NCBI GenBank assembly: GCA_964016885.1
Contig: OZ024740.1
Coordinates: 392,398,001-392,462,000 of the forward strand
DNA length: 64,000 nucleotides
Reading direction: 5' to 3'
Source: Eledone cirrhosa
Lineage: Eukaryota
Shown: positions 12,124-23,418 of the stretch, in pieces
Layout of the letters: each line of letters begins with the position of its first letter
Numbering within the stretch: the stretch's first letter is position 1
Notes under the pieces: generated by a model
Told to the model about the DNA's origin: nothing
Seen by the model: the letters and a program-made list of their open reading frames with translations, nothing else
The model's database searches: none
Translations under genes and position numbers: made by a program

Positions 12124-12588
12124 TATTGAATTTTTCGTACATTTGGGACAATATATTCCAATTTACATAAATGCATGCTAACAGTCATCTCTCTCTTTCT
12201 GCATTTTTGTAATAGTACACCTTTTGAAACCTTTCCTGGTCCTTTGGCTTAAAGCTGTATTTCAAAGAGTTTATATTTATCTAAAAACTATCCACCATAA
12301 TTTTGTTTAAGAACATTTTGTTATGTTGCAAACAACAACTTAATGATAGAGTTAGTCGTATTACTAAATCGTTTCAAATTCTTGATTATTTTCAAAATCA
12401 TTTCATTGGAAATGTAGTAACGAAAATGTTTATTACAGAACCCAGTTTGATTTCTCAAGTTTGATACTTAGTTTATTGACCTCTTTTTGTCGAAACGGCA
12501 AATTACGTAACATAAACACAGACACAGACACAAATGTAAACACACACACATCCGTACACATACACGCACGCATGCTCACATACAGACA

Positions 12589-12633
<45 letters not shown>

Positions 12634-13045
12634 CATGCAACGGATTTCTACAATCTCCTTCTACTAAATTTCACTCACAAAGTATTACTCAACCCCAGGC
12701 TATAACAGAAGATACTTTTTCAAGGTTCGGCTAAGTGGGACTAAACCTGAAACGACGTGATTGTGAAACGAATTCCTTTACTACACACTCATGCTTAATT
12801 TACCGACTCTCCGCCAAACAGAATTAGGTAAATAGAAGCTTACCACAAGAATCTAATATTGAATTATAAAAGAAGGAAGAAACAAGTGGTGTACAGAATG
12901 TTACTATACTGATGGAGATTTTAACCAGCAACAGTGGGATGGGTTGGTATAATTAGTAGACCGTAGGATAAAATACCATTGCGTTATTTTTTCTGGCTCT
13001 TTATGTTCTGAGTTCAAATAAACATAAATCAGGTCCGAAGACAAA

Positions 13046-13288
13046 GGAACCAAACTTCCACTGTCACTGCCTCCGTCTCTCCCACGGTCACCATCTTTCA
13101 CCATTTTGAGCAAATTGAGGCTCATGCGCTGGCTGCCCTGCGGCCCCGGCGGACTGGTCGCCCTGCGGCGTCGGGGGGAAAGAATAGAGAGGCGTTTTCC
13201 CGGAGGATGGCAAGGGAGACGCACTGGAAGAGCCATTCCAGCTCGCAAGGCCCACACCCGCGGGTAGCCAACTCGAATACTGCCCTAC
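13046..13288 (-). mobile_element. GC-rich 3' fragment of a CRE-like (RLE-type) non-LTR retrotransposon
   Basis: Minus frame ...ELATRGCGPCELEWLFQCVSLAILRENASLF resembles the CRE-clade C-terminal motif E..WL.QR.S.AI.RGNA. Sharp GC island within AT-rich flanks. Confidence 0.55.
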
Positions 13289-13496
13289 TGAGGTTGGTCT
13301 AATTAACTTTGTCCTTCCCTAAAATGTTGCTGTTCTTGTTCTTAAATGAGGAATCAATATTTATCAGCAATTCCTATCTTACATGAACATCTTTAAAACA
13401 TATAATTACAAATAATTATTATTATCGAAGTTATTTTTCTGTGAAACATTTTCCAGAGAAAAAATAAAATATTATTTAAATAAAATTTCTCTACTA

Positions 13497-13590
13497 TTTT
13501 CTTTCTTTTCTTTCTTTTCTTTCTTTTCTTTCTTTTCTTTCTTTTCTTTTCTTTTCTTTTCTTTTCTTTTCTTTTCTTTCTTCCTTTCTT
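13497..13590. repeat. (CTTTT)n simple repeat
   Basis: Read directly. Confidence 0.95.
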
Positions 13591-13968
13591 TCGATTCTTT
13601 TCCCTTGTTATGTATGTATGTGTATATGTATGTATGTATGTATGTACGTACTCACGTTTCTACATACGTAAGTATATGAGTATGCATGTTATAAAGTGAA
13701 ATATATAGAGATATTTAATAAGGGGGGGGGGGGGGTAAGAGAGAAAAATAAAATTATATATAAGTGTATATTGTTCTTTTCATTATATCTGTGCATGTGA
13801 AATCACACCCACACACGCACATTGAAACTCATAAACACATTCATTTATCCATACATGCATACACGAACACATACATACAGAAACCTATACACACGCACAC
13901 ATAAATTCACGGACAGCCATAGCACACGCACGCACACACGCACGCACGCACGCACACACCGCACACAT

Positions 13969-14035
<67 letters not shown>

Positions 14036-14459
14036 AAACATATATATAATAGATAGATATATGCATGTGATTTATTTGGTACATTTTGTAGGTCAGCGTA
14101 GGAGTGGCAGTATGAACGTAATTAACAAGTTAGTTGATGGCATGAAGCTAAATTGCCAACATAATCAGTTTTATCTGATTTCCATAACAAGTATATTTAG
14201 TGAAACAATCTCAACAAGCATCACCAATATTGTCAGCATCAGCACCCCCTCCCCCCATCACCGACGAGGACACTCCTTCTCCATTTTAAGCATTACCAGT
14301 ACAATCAACAATACCAGCAACATTACTGATAACACTACCAATGTCTTCAAAATTTAGTGGTTTAGTTTGATTGTGCAAGTGGATTGTAAGTATATGTGGT
14401 CTTTATACAACCTGTAATGAAACAAATACGCTATTTTGTGTTTTTTCTACTTTCTTATA

Positions 14460-14600
14460 GACCGGCCGATGCGTTATGTTCTTGAGCAAGACACTTAATT
14501 TCACGTTGCTCCTTCTACCTGGAGTTGCGACCGATAGATAGTATTAGCAATTGGAAAGACCAACGGAAACATTGTTTCCTCGGTCCGATTTGACGAAAGT
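14460..14600 (+). mobile_element. SINE family B (CORE-like), partial
   Basis: CTTGAGCAAGACACTTAATTTCACGTTGCT; inverted homolog of 17580-17792. Confidence 0.65.
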
Positions 14601-14680
14601 CGATCGACAAATTATGGAGACATTTGGGGCTCAGGTAAGATGAGCCTAATCCTTGATGTAAGTCCTATATCGATTGTACA

Positions 14681-14873
14681 AGACTTATCAACTCTCCCCG
14701 TCCAACGGGATATCCCACCCATTTTGGGGTGAGTGAGAGATGTTTTCTCTTGGGAAAATAGGTATAGCTTTCATTATGTAAAATCTCCCCATTTTGCCTC
14801 ATTTATCCCCATTTTGGGGTACCCTTTTTCATGGTCCTCCTCCCCATTTGGGTTTTTAGAGCTTGGCAGGTCT
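14681..14873. mobile_element. MITE-like copy (family of 406-597)
   Basis: Colinear with 406-597; degenerate TIRs. Confidence 0.7.
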
Positions 14874-15059
14874 GTTGTACAATTATTGTTGCTTCACTTT
14901 TGCTGGTACGTGTTATGATCTTTGATTTTTCTACTACAACTCTTCCCTGTGGATGTCGTAGTGGAGTTGTATTTAACTCCTCGTATTTGTTTTCTGTATG
15001 TGTTATATGCTTATACTGTTGAGTGTGATAGCTGGTTTTATTTGATGTTCCCTGTTGTT

Positions 15060-15200
15060 GTTGGTAAGAAGAGATATATATGATAGAATTTGAGCGCAAT
15101 GTCATCTATGTATGGGATTTAGGAAATGCCATGCAGCTATAAGGCTTACACTATATATTAAAAAGAATGGGTTAAAGGATTCTCCGAATTGAGATATCAC
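15060..15200 (-). mobile_element. Heavily decayed LINE RT core (probably extends further toward ~16000)
   Basis: Minus strand ...GESFNPFF.NI... followed by YIDDIAL (catalytic YxDD). Confidence 0.4.
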
Positions 15201-15204
15201 AGCT

Positions 15205-15420
15205 CCTATACTATGGGCACGTAGTTAGAATATCTCAGGAAATAATCGCTGGACAAATTTCACGGGCAAAACCAACTGGCAAGAGACCCAGGGGTAGACC
15301 CCGAGCAAGATGATTGAATAACATTCATGAGCTTGGCTGTTCTCGCCTGGGGATCCAGCCGGATCAGTTGGTGACGGTTGCTTCTGACAGGACCCGCTGG
15401 AAGAAGAAGAAGAAGAAGGC
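15205..15420 (+). mobile_element. RTE LINE C-terminal fragment
   Basis: AKPTGKRPRGRPRAR*LNNIHELGCSRLGIQPDQLVTVASDRTRW, followed by (GAA)n. Confidence 0.75.
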
Positions 15421-17138
15421 TGAAAGGATGCCACACTCCACTTGAGAAATTGAAAAGTCTAACAGTATTATTTTTGTACACAAGGAATCGTTTCAAATAA
15501 TATACTAATCAGCGTTTTTGTTGTTAAGATAGGGTAGAATATTTTGTCTATAAGTTTTCAGATGTTATGGTAAATAGGAAGTTACTTTTTTTTTTTTTGT
15601 GATTGAATCAAGAATATATCCTCAGTTTACGATCTACTGTGTCAGAAGTGTGATGGTCGAGTGTAGTGATTAGAATCCTCTGAGTGCTAATTATATTACA
15701 TTTATGAAAATCTGAGCGTTTGCTTAGGTGGATGTTAGGTCTTTGCTATGCTATTTAATTTAGCTTTTAGTTGAGCATTAGCCATGAAGTCATTTTGTCA
15801 AGTTATTAATGCAAACCGAACATTGTGAGCAATGCAAACCGAGTAATATGAATTTTCTTATTTTTAAGCTTTTTTTTTCAAAATGAGTCCGATTTTGCTT
15901 TTGATGTGGTGTGAAGTTTCTTGTTCTGTTTTGCCATTAATTTTTCCATTGTATTACATAATAGCTGTATGCTGAAACTGATATTATTGATTGGTCTTCT
16001 GTTGTCTTTGTTGTTGCATGTGAAGGGTTGTGTAGTTTAACGAGGTTTTTTTTCTGTTAGGATTGTGAGTTTTCCATTTATATCTTTCAGTTCTTTTAGG
16101 ATTTCTTCATTTATACTTGTGTTTGTGGTGACGGTGTTCACTGCCATTTCCCAAATTTGTATAGTTTATAATAGTTGAAAGAAGGGGTAAAGTTTCAAAC
16201 AAAATTATAGGTAAAAAGTGAAAGTGAAAAAGTACAGTTATACATATAAGAATTATTTTTTTCTTTCATCCAACAGAATGAATATTTTTATAATTGTTAC
16301 ATTAATTAGATTTAAATTTTATCAATTATTAGTGGTTTTGATTGGCATGTCAATTTCATCAAATATTTAAAAAACTTTGTTCTCATATTCTGTTGGCAGA
16401 TAGAACATGTGGGAATTTTCTCTCAAAATCTCTTCTTTATATTAAACATTCGATTTAAAAATAAAATTTTTATCATAGATTATGGATCTCTTTTCAGAAT
16501 TTTTTTTCTTGGTCCGATTCACAACACATGTAGGATGAATCCACTCCCTTCCCTAAATTATGAGAAAAACATTGGATTTGGCGATTTTGCGAAAATATGT
16601 CTTTATGAAGGTGGGGTGGTGAGGGTGGTGGAAGTGGAGTTCAGCAGATCAGGATTCAATTGATTCACTAGAAAACTCTCTTACTTTAAATAGAAAATTC
16701 TTTATCTATTCATAATAACGGTCCAGATGACATTTTGTTGTTCTGTAGTGTGGTGTACATTTAGCTGGGGTTCCATTGTGTCAAGAGTTCAAGTTATTTC
16801 CAGAATTTGTAATACTAGCTAAAAATAGTTAAGAGTGGATAAAAGGTTTTTCTTTTTGTCTTGTGGTATGTGTGTTTGTGGGGGTAGGTGGGTCAAGAGA
16901 CAAGAATAAAAAAGGGAAATAATTAAAATACAAATATAGTGTGTAAACATGATTGAGAGGGCTTGCAAACGAATCGAATATTATTATTATTATTCGATAT
17001 AAAACACATAAATATATTTATGTAACCCGCTTGTGAGAGCGAGAAACCATATTCTAATTTTGTTTTTAATTTTCGGCTAAATCTGAAGCTTAGTGTATTC
17101 ATTCATGCATGCAAACATACATATATAGACACACACAC

Positions 17139-17224
<86 letters not shown>

Positions 17225-17579
17225 ATTTAGTTGTTAGGTTGCAAGATAATTGCGTCCGTAGGCGCTATGCCGGTTGAGCACTCGATGCTCGCACACCATA
17301 ATATTATAATGATAAAGAACGAGGAATCACTGTTGCATCATATCATATTTAATAAGATATTACATATGTTTCTTTATCGATCTATTATAAATTGATATTA
17401 TTATAGATATGTTTGTTGTATGAAATCGTCTCCTATTTGGAGACGAATATATATATTTTTGTATATATATACTTACACATACACCCGAACTACTGACCAA
17501 ATAATGTTTGGTACCAATGGGTTAAAGGCATCTGTCACATCAATTAGTGGTGAAGGTGGTATAAATATATATATATGAA

Positions 17580-17792
17580 ACGATAGACTTTCGTCAAATT
17601 GGACCGAGGAAATAATGTTTCCATTGATCTTTCCAATTGCTAATACTATCTATCGGTCGCAACTCCATGTAGAAGGTGCAACGTGAAATAAAGTGTCTTG
17701 TTCAAGGGTATAACGCATCGCCCGGTCAGGGAATCGAACTCACAACCTCGTGATTGTGAATCCAATTCTCTAACCACTCAGCCACACGCCTT
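17580..17792 (-). mobile_element. tRNA-derived SINE family B (CORE-like)
   Basis: Minus strand GGCGTGTGGCTGAGTGGTTAGAG (A-box) ... GTGAGTTCGATTCCC (B-box) ... CTTGAACAAGACACTTTATTTCACGTTGC. Another copy at ~48420-48582. Confidence 0.75.
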
Positions 17793-17803
17793 CACCACAC
17801 ACA

Positions 17804-17906
<103 letters not shown>

Positions 17907-18061
17907 GCAGCAGGAACATACCATTGTCGTTACACAAGAATGATTGTGGAAACTACAGAGGCATATCATGTATAAAAAATTGAGTAAAACAGAGGGATAT
18001 TCCAGCACCGACCCTGTTTGCCATATACTTTGCAATGGTTTTCTGTATTGCATTCAGGAAT

Positions 18062-19452
18062 TGCGAGCATGGTGTTTACATCCGATATCGAACCTCAGGC
18101 ACCATATTTAACATCAGGCGCTTTACTGCAAAAACTAATGTATTTACATCAATCATAAGAGACCTCTTGTATGCAGATGATTGCGATCTTGTAGCACACA
18201 GAGATTGATATGCAGCACATTTTGAATGCATTTTCTGATGCTTGCACTGCCATAGGATTGACTGTCAGTCTCAAGAAAACCATCGTCATGTACCAACCTG
18301 CCCCTGGTAAGCAATTCAGTGAACCAAATATCTATGAGTATGGTAAACGACTTTGAGTGGTTGATCAGTTTGTCTACCTGGGAAGCACTGTCAATCGATA
18401 CAGCAATCTTGATAATGAAATTCCACTCAGGATTAAGAAAGCAAGTGTTACTTTCGGAAAGCTAGAAAGGCGTCTCTTGGGTCGGCGAGAAATATGCAAG
18501 ACAAAGGTAAAGGTGTACAAGGCATGTGTACTCTCTTCTCTTCTTTATGACTGCGAGACCTGGGTCACATATCGACACGATCTTAAACAATTGGAGCGTT
18601 TCCATCAGATGTGTCTCAGGCAGATCCATGGCGTTCACTGGAGGGACCACATCAGTGATGGCGAGATTTTGGAAAGCTCTGTGTGAAAGTATAGAAGCTC
18701 TTGTGCTTAAGCAAAGACTCCGATGGAGTGGTCACCTTGCCAGGATGAAGGATTCTAGAATACCGAAACAACTCTTTTATGGAGAGTTATTTAAAGGAAA
18801 ACAACCGCCACATAAACCAAAATAGAGGTACAAGGATTCGTTGAAATGCTCTTTGAAAGACGCTAACATCTCTGCTGATACATGGGAAAGCGTAGCTGCT
18901 GATCGTAATAAATGGAGAAAGACTGTACATGAGGGGAAAGTTGCTTTTGAGGCATCTCGAGTCGCATACGAGAAAGTAAAAAGAGATCTGAGGAAGGGAA
19001 TTGCTGTTGCATTTCCAGACAGCGAAGGTCCTCCTATGGCGCTGAAATGCAGCATCTGTGCGAGACTCTGCCTCAGCAAAGCTGGACACGAAAGTCATCT
19101 TCGCAGTCATAAAGTGAGACCAGTGGTTGACTACCAATCTGCTGTTGGAGATGCTACACATTATACCAGTCAATCATGTGGAAGAGAGTGTAAATCTGCA
19201 GAATAGCTTAAACGACATGCAAAAGTAGATGAAATCCAAGCACAGCCGACTATTGCAAGTGAATGTTTTGGTTGCCAACTCTGTGCAAGAGATTTGAGAT
19301 CATTGGCTGGGCTAAAAACCCACATTCGATCGCAGCACCGTTAATTGTTATTGTGTGTGTGTATAAGTATATGTGTGTGTGTATGTGTGTGTATATATAT
19401 CTATTTTTTTCCTCGTTCAATGGCCATGCTCGATAACGAGTGGGCAGCCATC
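18062..19452 (+). mobile_element. 5'-truncated, decayed RTE LINE: RT C-terminal half plus three C-terminal C2H2 zinc fingers
   Basis: DLLYADDCDL, FVYLGS, LLYDCETW, RLRWSGHLARM...RIPKQLFYGEL. Fingers: CSICARLCLSKAGHESHLRSH, (S)QSCGRECKSAE*LKRHAKV(D), CQLCARDLRSLAGLKTHIRSQH. Stop at 19342-19344. Its 3' UTR end recurs inverted at ~28132-28160. Confidence 0.9.
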
Positions 19453-19527
<75 letters not shown>

Positions 19528-19561
19528 CACACATAATATATATATATATATACATACACAC

Positions 19562-19631
<70 letters not shown>

Positions 19632-20105
19632 CACACATAATGTATATATATATATTTATGTGTATCTATGTATGTATATACATATATATATACATACACA
19701 CATAATATATATATATATATATTTATGTGTATCTATGTATGTATATACATATATATATATACATACACACATAATATATATATGTATATATATATATGTA
19801 TGTATATATATGTATACATACACACATAATATATATATGTATGTATATATATGTATACATACACACATAATATATATATGTATGTATATATACATATACA
19901 CACACACACACACATATATACATGCATATATATGCATATATATATGTGTGTGTATATATATGTATATATACATACACACATATATATACATACACACATA
20001 TATATACGTACATATACATATATATACATATACACATATATATATATACATATATATATGCAGAAACACATATGTAAATAAATATATACACACACACATA
20101 TATAA

Positions 20106-20137
<32 letters not shown>
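19453..20137. repeat. Compound (TA)n/(CA)n microsatellite
   Basis: Read directly; source of the YIYI/THTH pseudo-ORFs. Confidence 0.95.
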
Positions 20138-20138
<1 letters not shown>

Positions 20139-20329
20139 ATGTCAATTAGATCCGAATGATTTTTGTACAAGTTGAAAAATATATATATATGAATAAAGTA
20201 AGCCGAAATCATAGTAGATTCAAATATCACATAAAGAAAGAGGGGGGGGGGGGCAGAGAAATGAGATGCAACAGAAATGAAACATGGATTTCAGGTTAAA
20301 ATATAGTCTAGATAGATGAGAAACAAAAC

Positions 20330-20895
20330 GAAGATGTAGTTTATGGAACACCTAAATGATTTAGAAGTAGACCTTAAGTAGGAGCAATAACATTAAGAAA
20401 GGCATGAACGACAATACATGATTTTGTTTTGAAAATTTTGAAAGTAGGTTTATAAGTATGAATTTTCATAAGATTCTTCGTAGTTGTCTCTCTGGCCAAG
20501 CGGTAGGTGCTAGAGACGGTGGAGATACTGACGTTAGTTTCAATCCTGTTCAAGAGGTACATGAAATCTTTTTCAGTTTTTATTTTACATCCCAAAGAAA
20601 AAAGCTGTAAAGGTTTACGGGGAACCCTACTGTCGACCAGGATCGAACTCCAGACCAGGATTCCTCCAACTAGGCAGTCGAGAGAATTATAAAAGTATAA
20701 TGAAAATTTATTATTATAAACCTACTTTCAAAATCAAAGCTAAAAAGCTATGGTGTCGTTCATGTAATTCCTAGAGCTATTAGTCATATTTAGGGTCAAC
20801 TTGTCAATCTTCTGGCTCTTTGGTAAGAACCTTATTATTCCTATCTGTGTTTAACTGTGGAATTTATTTAATTTGATTATTCTAACAAACAAATA
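20330..20895. repeat. Two diverged copies of an unclassified interspersed repeat in inverted orientation
   Basis: TGAAAGTAGGTTTATAA and CATGAACGACA (20400-20460) match TTATAAACCTACTTTCA and TGTCGTTCATG (20715-20765). A third copy lies at ~27845-28100. Confidence 0.65.
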
Positions 20896-20904
20896 ATGCA
20901 TATA

Positions 20905-21939
20905 TCTATACTATAAAGCTGACGGCCGTATGTAGGTAACAACCTTTCCACCAAATGGCTGGAACAAACGGCACCAAATTTGCACCATAGATGTAACTTT
21001 TTCCAAGTAAGAAAGTGAGGGTATTTTCGTCTACTAAATTTTGTGAAAAGATTCAAGATATTTTATTGTTTATTTAAATATTCACTTCTTTAAATTTTTC
21101 AAATGTCAACACTTCCAAAGTATCATCTTCCTGTTTCCTTTCGGTTGCAACGTTTTTCGAAATATTTACTTCTGAGTTCACAGATTGATTTTTTTTAGTT
21201 TCAGAACACCCCGTTAAGGGTGAAAGCAGCGATTTTTGCTTAAACTTTAATCTGTTATTTTAATATATATATATATAATTACATATTCGTGTACAGATAT
21301 TTTTGCATATACAAAAACAAAATATAAACAAACGTATTATTTCACGAAAGCACAGACGGCTTATCGTGATTGTTACTGCCGATCTACCACCCAAAAAGTC
21401 CTAGCCTGGCCGCAAGATCAGATTTTCCAGAAGCAAAAAGGTTACTAGAGCAACAGAGAGACTAAGCTTCGCGATTACCATCAACAAAGCTCAGGGTCAA
21501 ACCCTAAAAGTGGCTGGCCTTCATCTGGGAAAACCATGGTCAATTGTATGTAGGATGCTCTAGGGTGAGCTCGCCAAACAATCTCTTCATCTTTGCTCCC
21601 GTGTGCCGAACAAAAAATATTGTATACTCTGAGGCTCTAACAATGTAATTTATGTATCTTCTGTTACTTGAAATTTCCATTATGGTTGTACAAATTATTA
21701 TAAAGTTTGTTAAAAAATGTGTTCTCTGTTCAACCTTTATTGTTGTAACTATAAATTTTCTTTAACGTAGTGGCTGTTGAACTGGGGAATCCTAAAAACT
21801 ATTCAAACCCAACAACAGAGCACGTTAGCCCCCCCCCCCCCCCCACCATCGCTGACTTGAGAGGGCGTACGGCATCTTTGCATTGACGTGAAGGGGGGGG
21901 GGGGGGTCCTGAAAAGATAAAATGCCGGTATGCCTAGCC

Positions 21940-21940
<1 letters not shown>
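20905..21940 (+). mobile_element. Non-autonomous Helitron (5' part) carrying a PIF1 helicase C-terminal remnant
   Basis: 5' end TCTATACTATAAAG after TA. 21460-21648 encodes LSFAITINKAQGQTLKVAGLHL...HGQLYVGCSRVSSPNNLFIFAP...TKNIVYSEAL* (Helitron helicase motifs V/VI). A Helitron-type 3' end (hairpin + CTAG) lies at 27797-27825. Confidence 0.8.
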
Positions 21941-21981
<41 letters not shown>

Positions 21982-21985
<4 letters not shown>

Positions 21986-22208
21986 TGAAAAATTGAACAG
22001 GGACAGAACAGAGAGGCAGTACGATAAATGTTTATTAAATTCACGCTCAGGAGAGTGGGGGGTAGGTGGGGGACGACGTTTCGGGCATTAGCCCTTCTTC
22101 AGGTGAGAAGTGTGTGGGAACAGAGTTCAAAAGGTGTGTAGGGGAGTGGTGGAGAGACATATAGCGAAAGGAAACGGTGCGAATGAAAAATTAACAAATA
22201 AAGACAAA
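21982..22208 (-). repeat. 3' pseudo-LTR of the PLE
   Basis: About 4 substitutions relative to 26644-26869; AATAAA on the minus strand at ~22031-22036. Confidence 0.9.
22072..22105 (-). ncRNA. Minimal type I hammerhead motif in the 3' pLTR
   Basis: Minus strand CTGAAGA-A-GGGC-TAAT-GCCC-GAAACGTC. Stem III is reduced to palindromic ACGT (dimer-type) and stem I is ~2 bp. Confidence 0.7.
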
Positions 22209-22944
22209 AATATAATAAATAATAAATAATAAATAAAAATAAAGCATGATCAAAATGCAAGGAATGAGAAAATTTAAAAATAAAGGCATGATCAAAATAA
22301 CTGAAATTAAAAGGGGGGGTAAACAGGTGGTGGAAGGGTGTGGGGTGAGTAGGGGTGGTGGCGGGTGGAGTGGGGAGAGGGAGACGGGGTGTCCGAGCGG
22401 GGAGGGCTGAAGGTGGTGTGTGTGTGTGTGTGTGTGTATGTGAAAGTGAGGGTTGGGGGAAGAACGGGGTTGCATGTTCAGGAAGGTGTGTGTGGGGGGT
22501 GTTTTTGTGGGTCGGAGGGTCTGTGCGTGTGTGGATAGGGGGGTGGGGGGAGAGGAATCAGGAGGCTGAGGGTGTAAATATGTGGTGGGAAGCACGTGTG
22601 TGTGGTTTAAGCGTGTTGTGGGTGTGGGTGGCGTGTGGATAAAAAAAATTTTTTGGGGTGTGTGTGTGGGTGAGTTATATAGATGATTGTGTAAGAGGAT
22701 GGTTGAAAAGTTGGTAAGTTACACGGATGTTTGGAGATTTTGGTTAGAAGTCAATATCGCGTGTGGGTAATCCAAGAAGCGGTGGTCGGAAGAGGAGAGA
22801 TGTGGGGTGCGCGCGCAACAGGAAGTGGTCAGCAGTGGAAGTGATGTGGTCAGTTGGTGCTGAGACAGTGGTCGGAAGGGCATAGCAGCAGTCGGCGGCA
22901 TGGTAGGGAGGCGAGGATGGGTAGGTGTGAGAGTTAGAGTGAGG

Positions 22945-22979
<35 letters not shown>

Positions 22980-23418
22980 TAGTAGGGATGTTAGTGGGAT
23001 GAGTGAGTGTGGAGCGGGGAGAGAAGGGTGTGTGTGGTTCTATGGAGGGAGTGTGGTGTACTGGTGTGTGTGTAGTTTGGTGAAGAGGTGTTAGTGGGTG
23101 TTAGTGGGGGTAGGGTGTGTAGAGTTGGTGGTGTACGAGGGTGTGTGGGTACGTGTGCGTGGGGTTGGAGGGTGTTAGTGATGTTAGTTGCGTGTGGGGT
23201 GGGTGGTGTAAGTGGGTGCGTGTGTGCATGTGATAAGGAGGGGGGAGGAGGAGAAGAGGGGAGGGAAGGGATGTTAGTATGTTAGTTGGGGAAGGGTGGT
23301 CAGAGGAGGGGTGGAGTGGAGGTGTTAGTATTGTTAGTGTGGGGTGGGCGGTGAAAAGGAGGGGTGTGTTAGTGGTGTTAGTGGGGGATAGGTGTGGGGG
23401 GAGGGGGGCGGTTGAACG

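Noticed and set aside
17418-17452. Hairpin TCGTCTCC-tattt-GGAGACGA as hammerhead stem II
   Set aside because: The flanking core (ATGAAATC / GAAT) deviates too much, and there are no stems I or III.
19345-20230. Many overlapping ORFs rich in YI/TH/CV
   Set aside because: They are translations of dinucleotide microsatellites. The same applies at 12433-12667, 13822-14084, 27451-27752 and 30735-31013.
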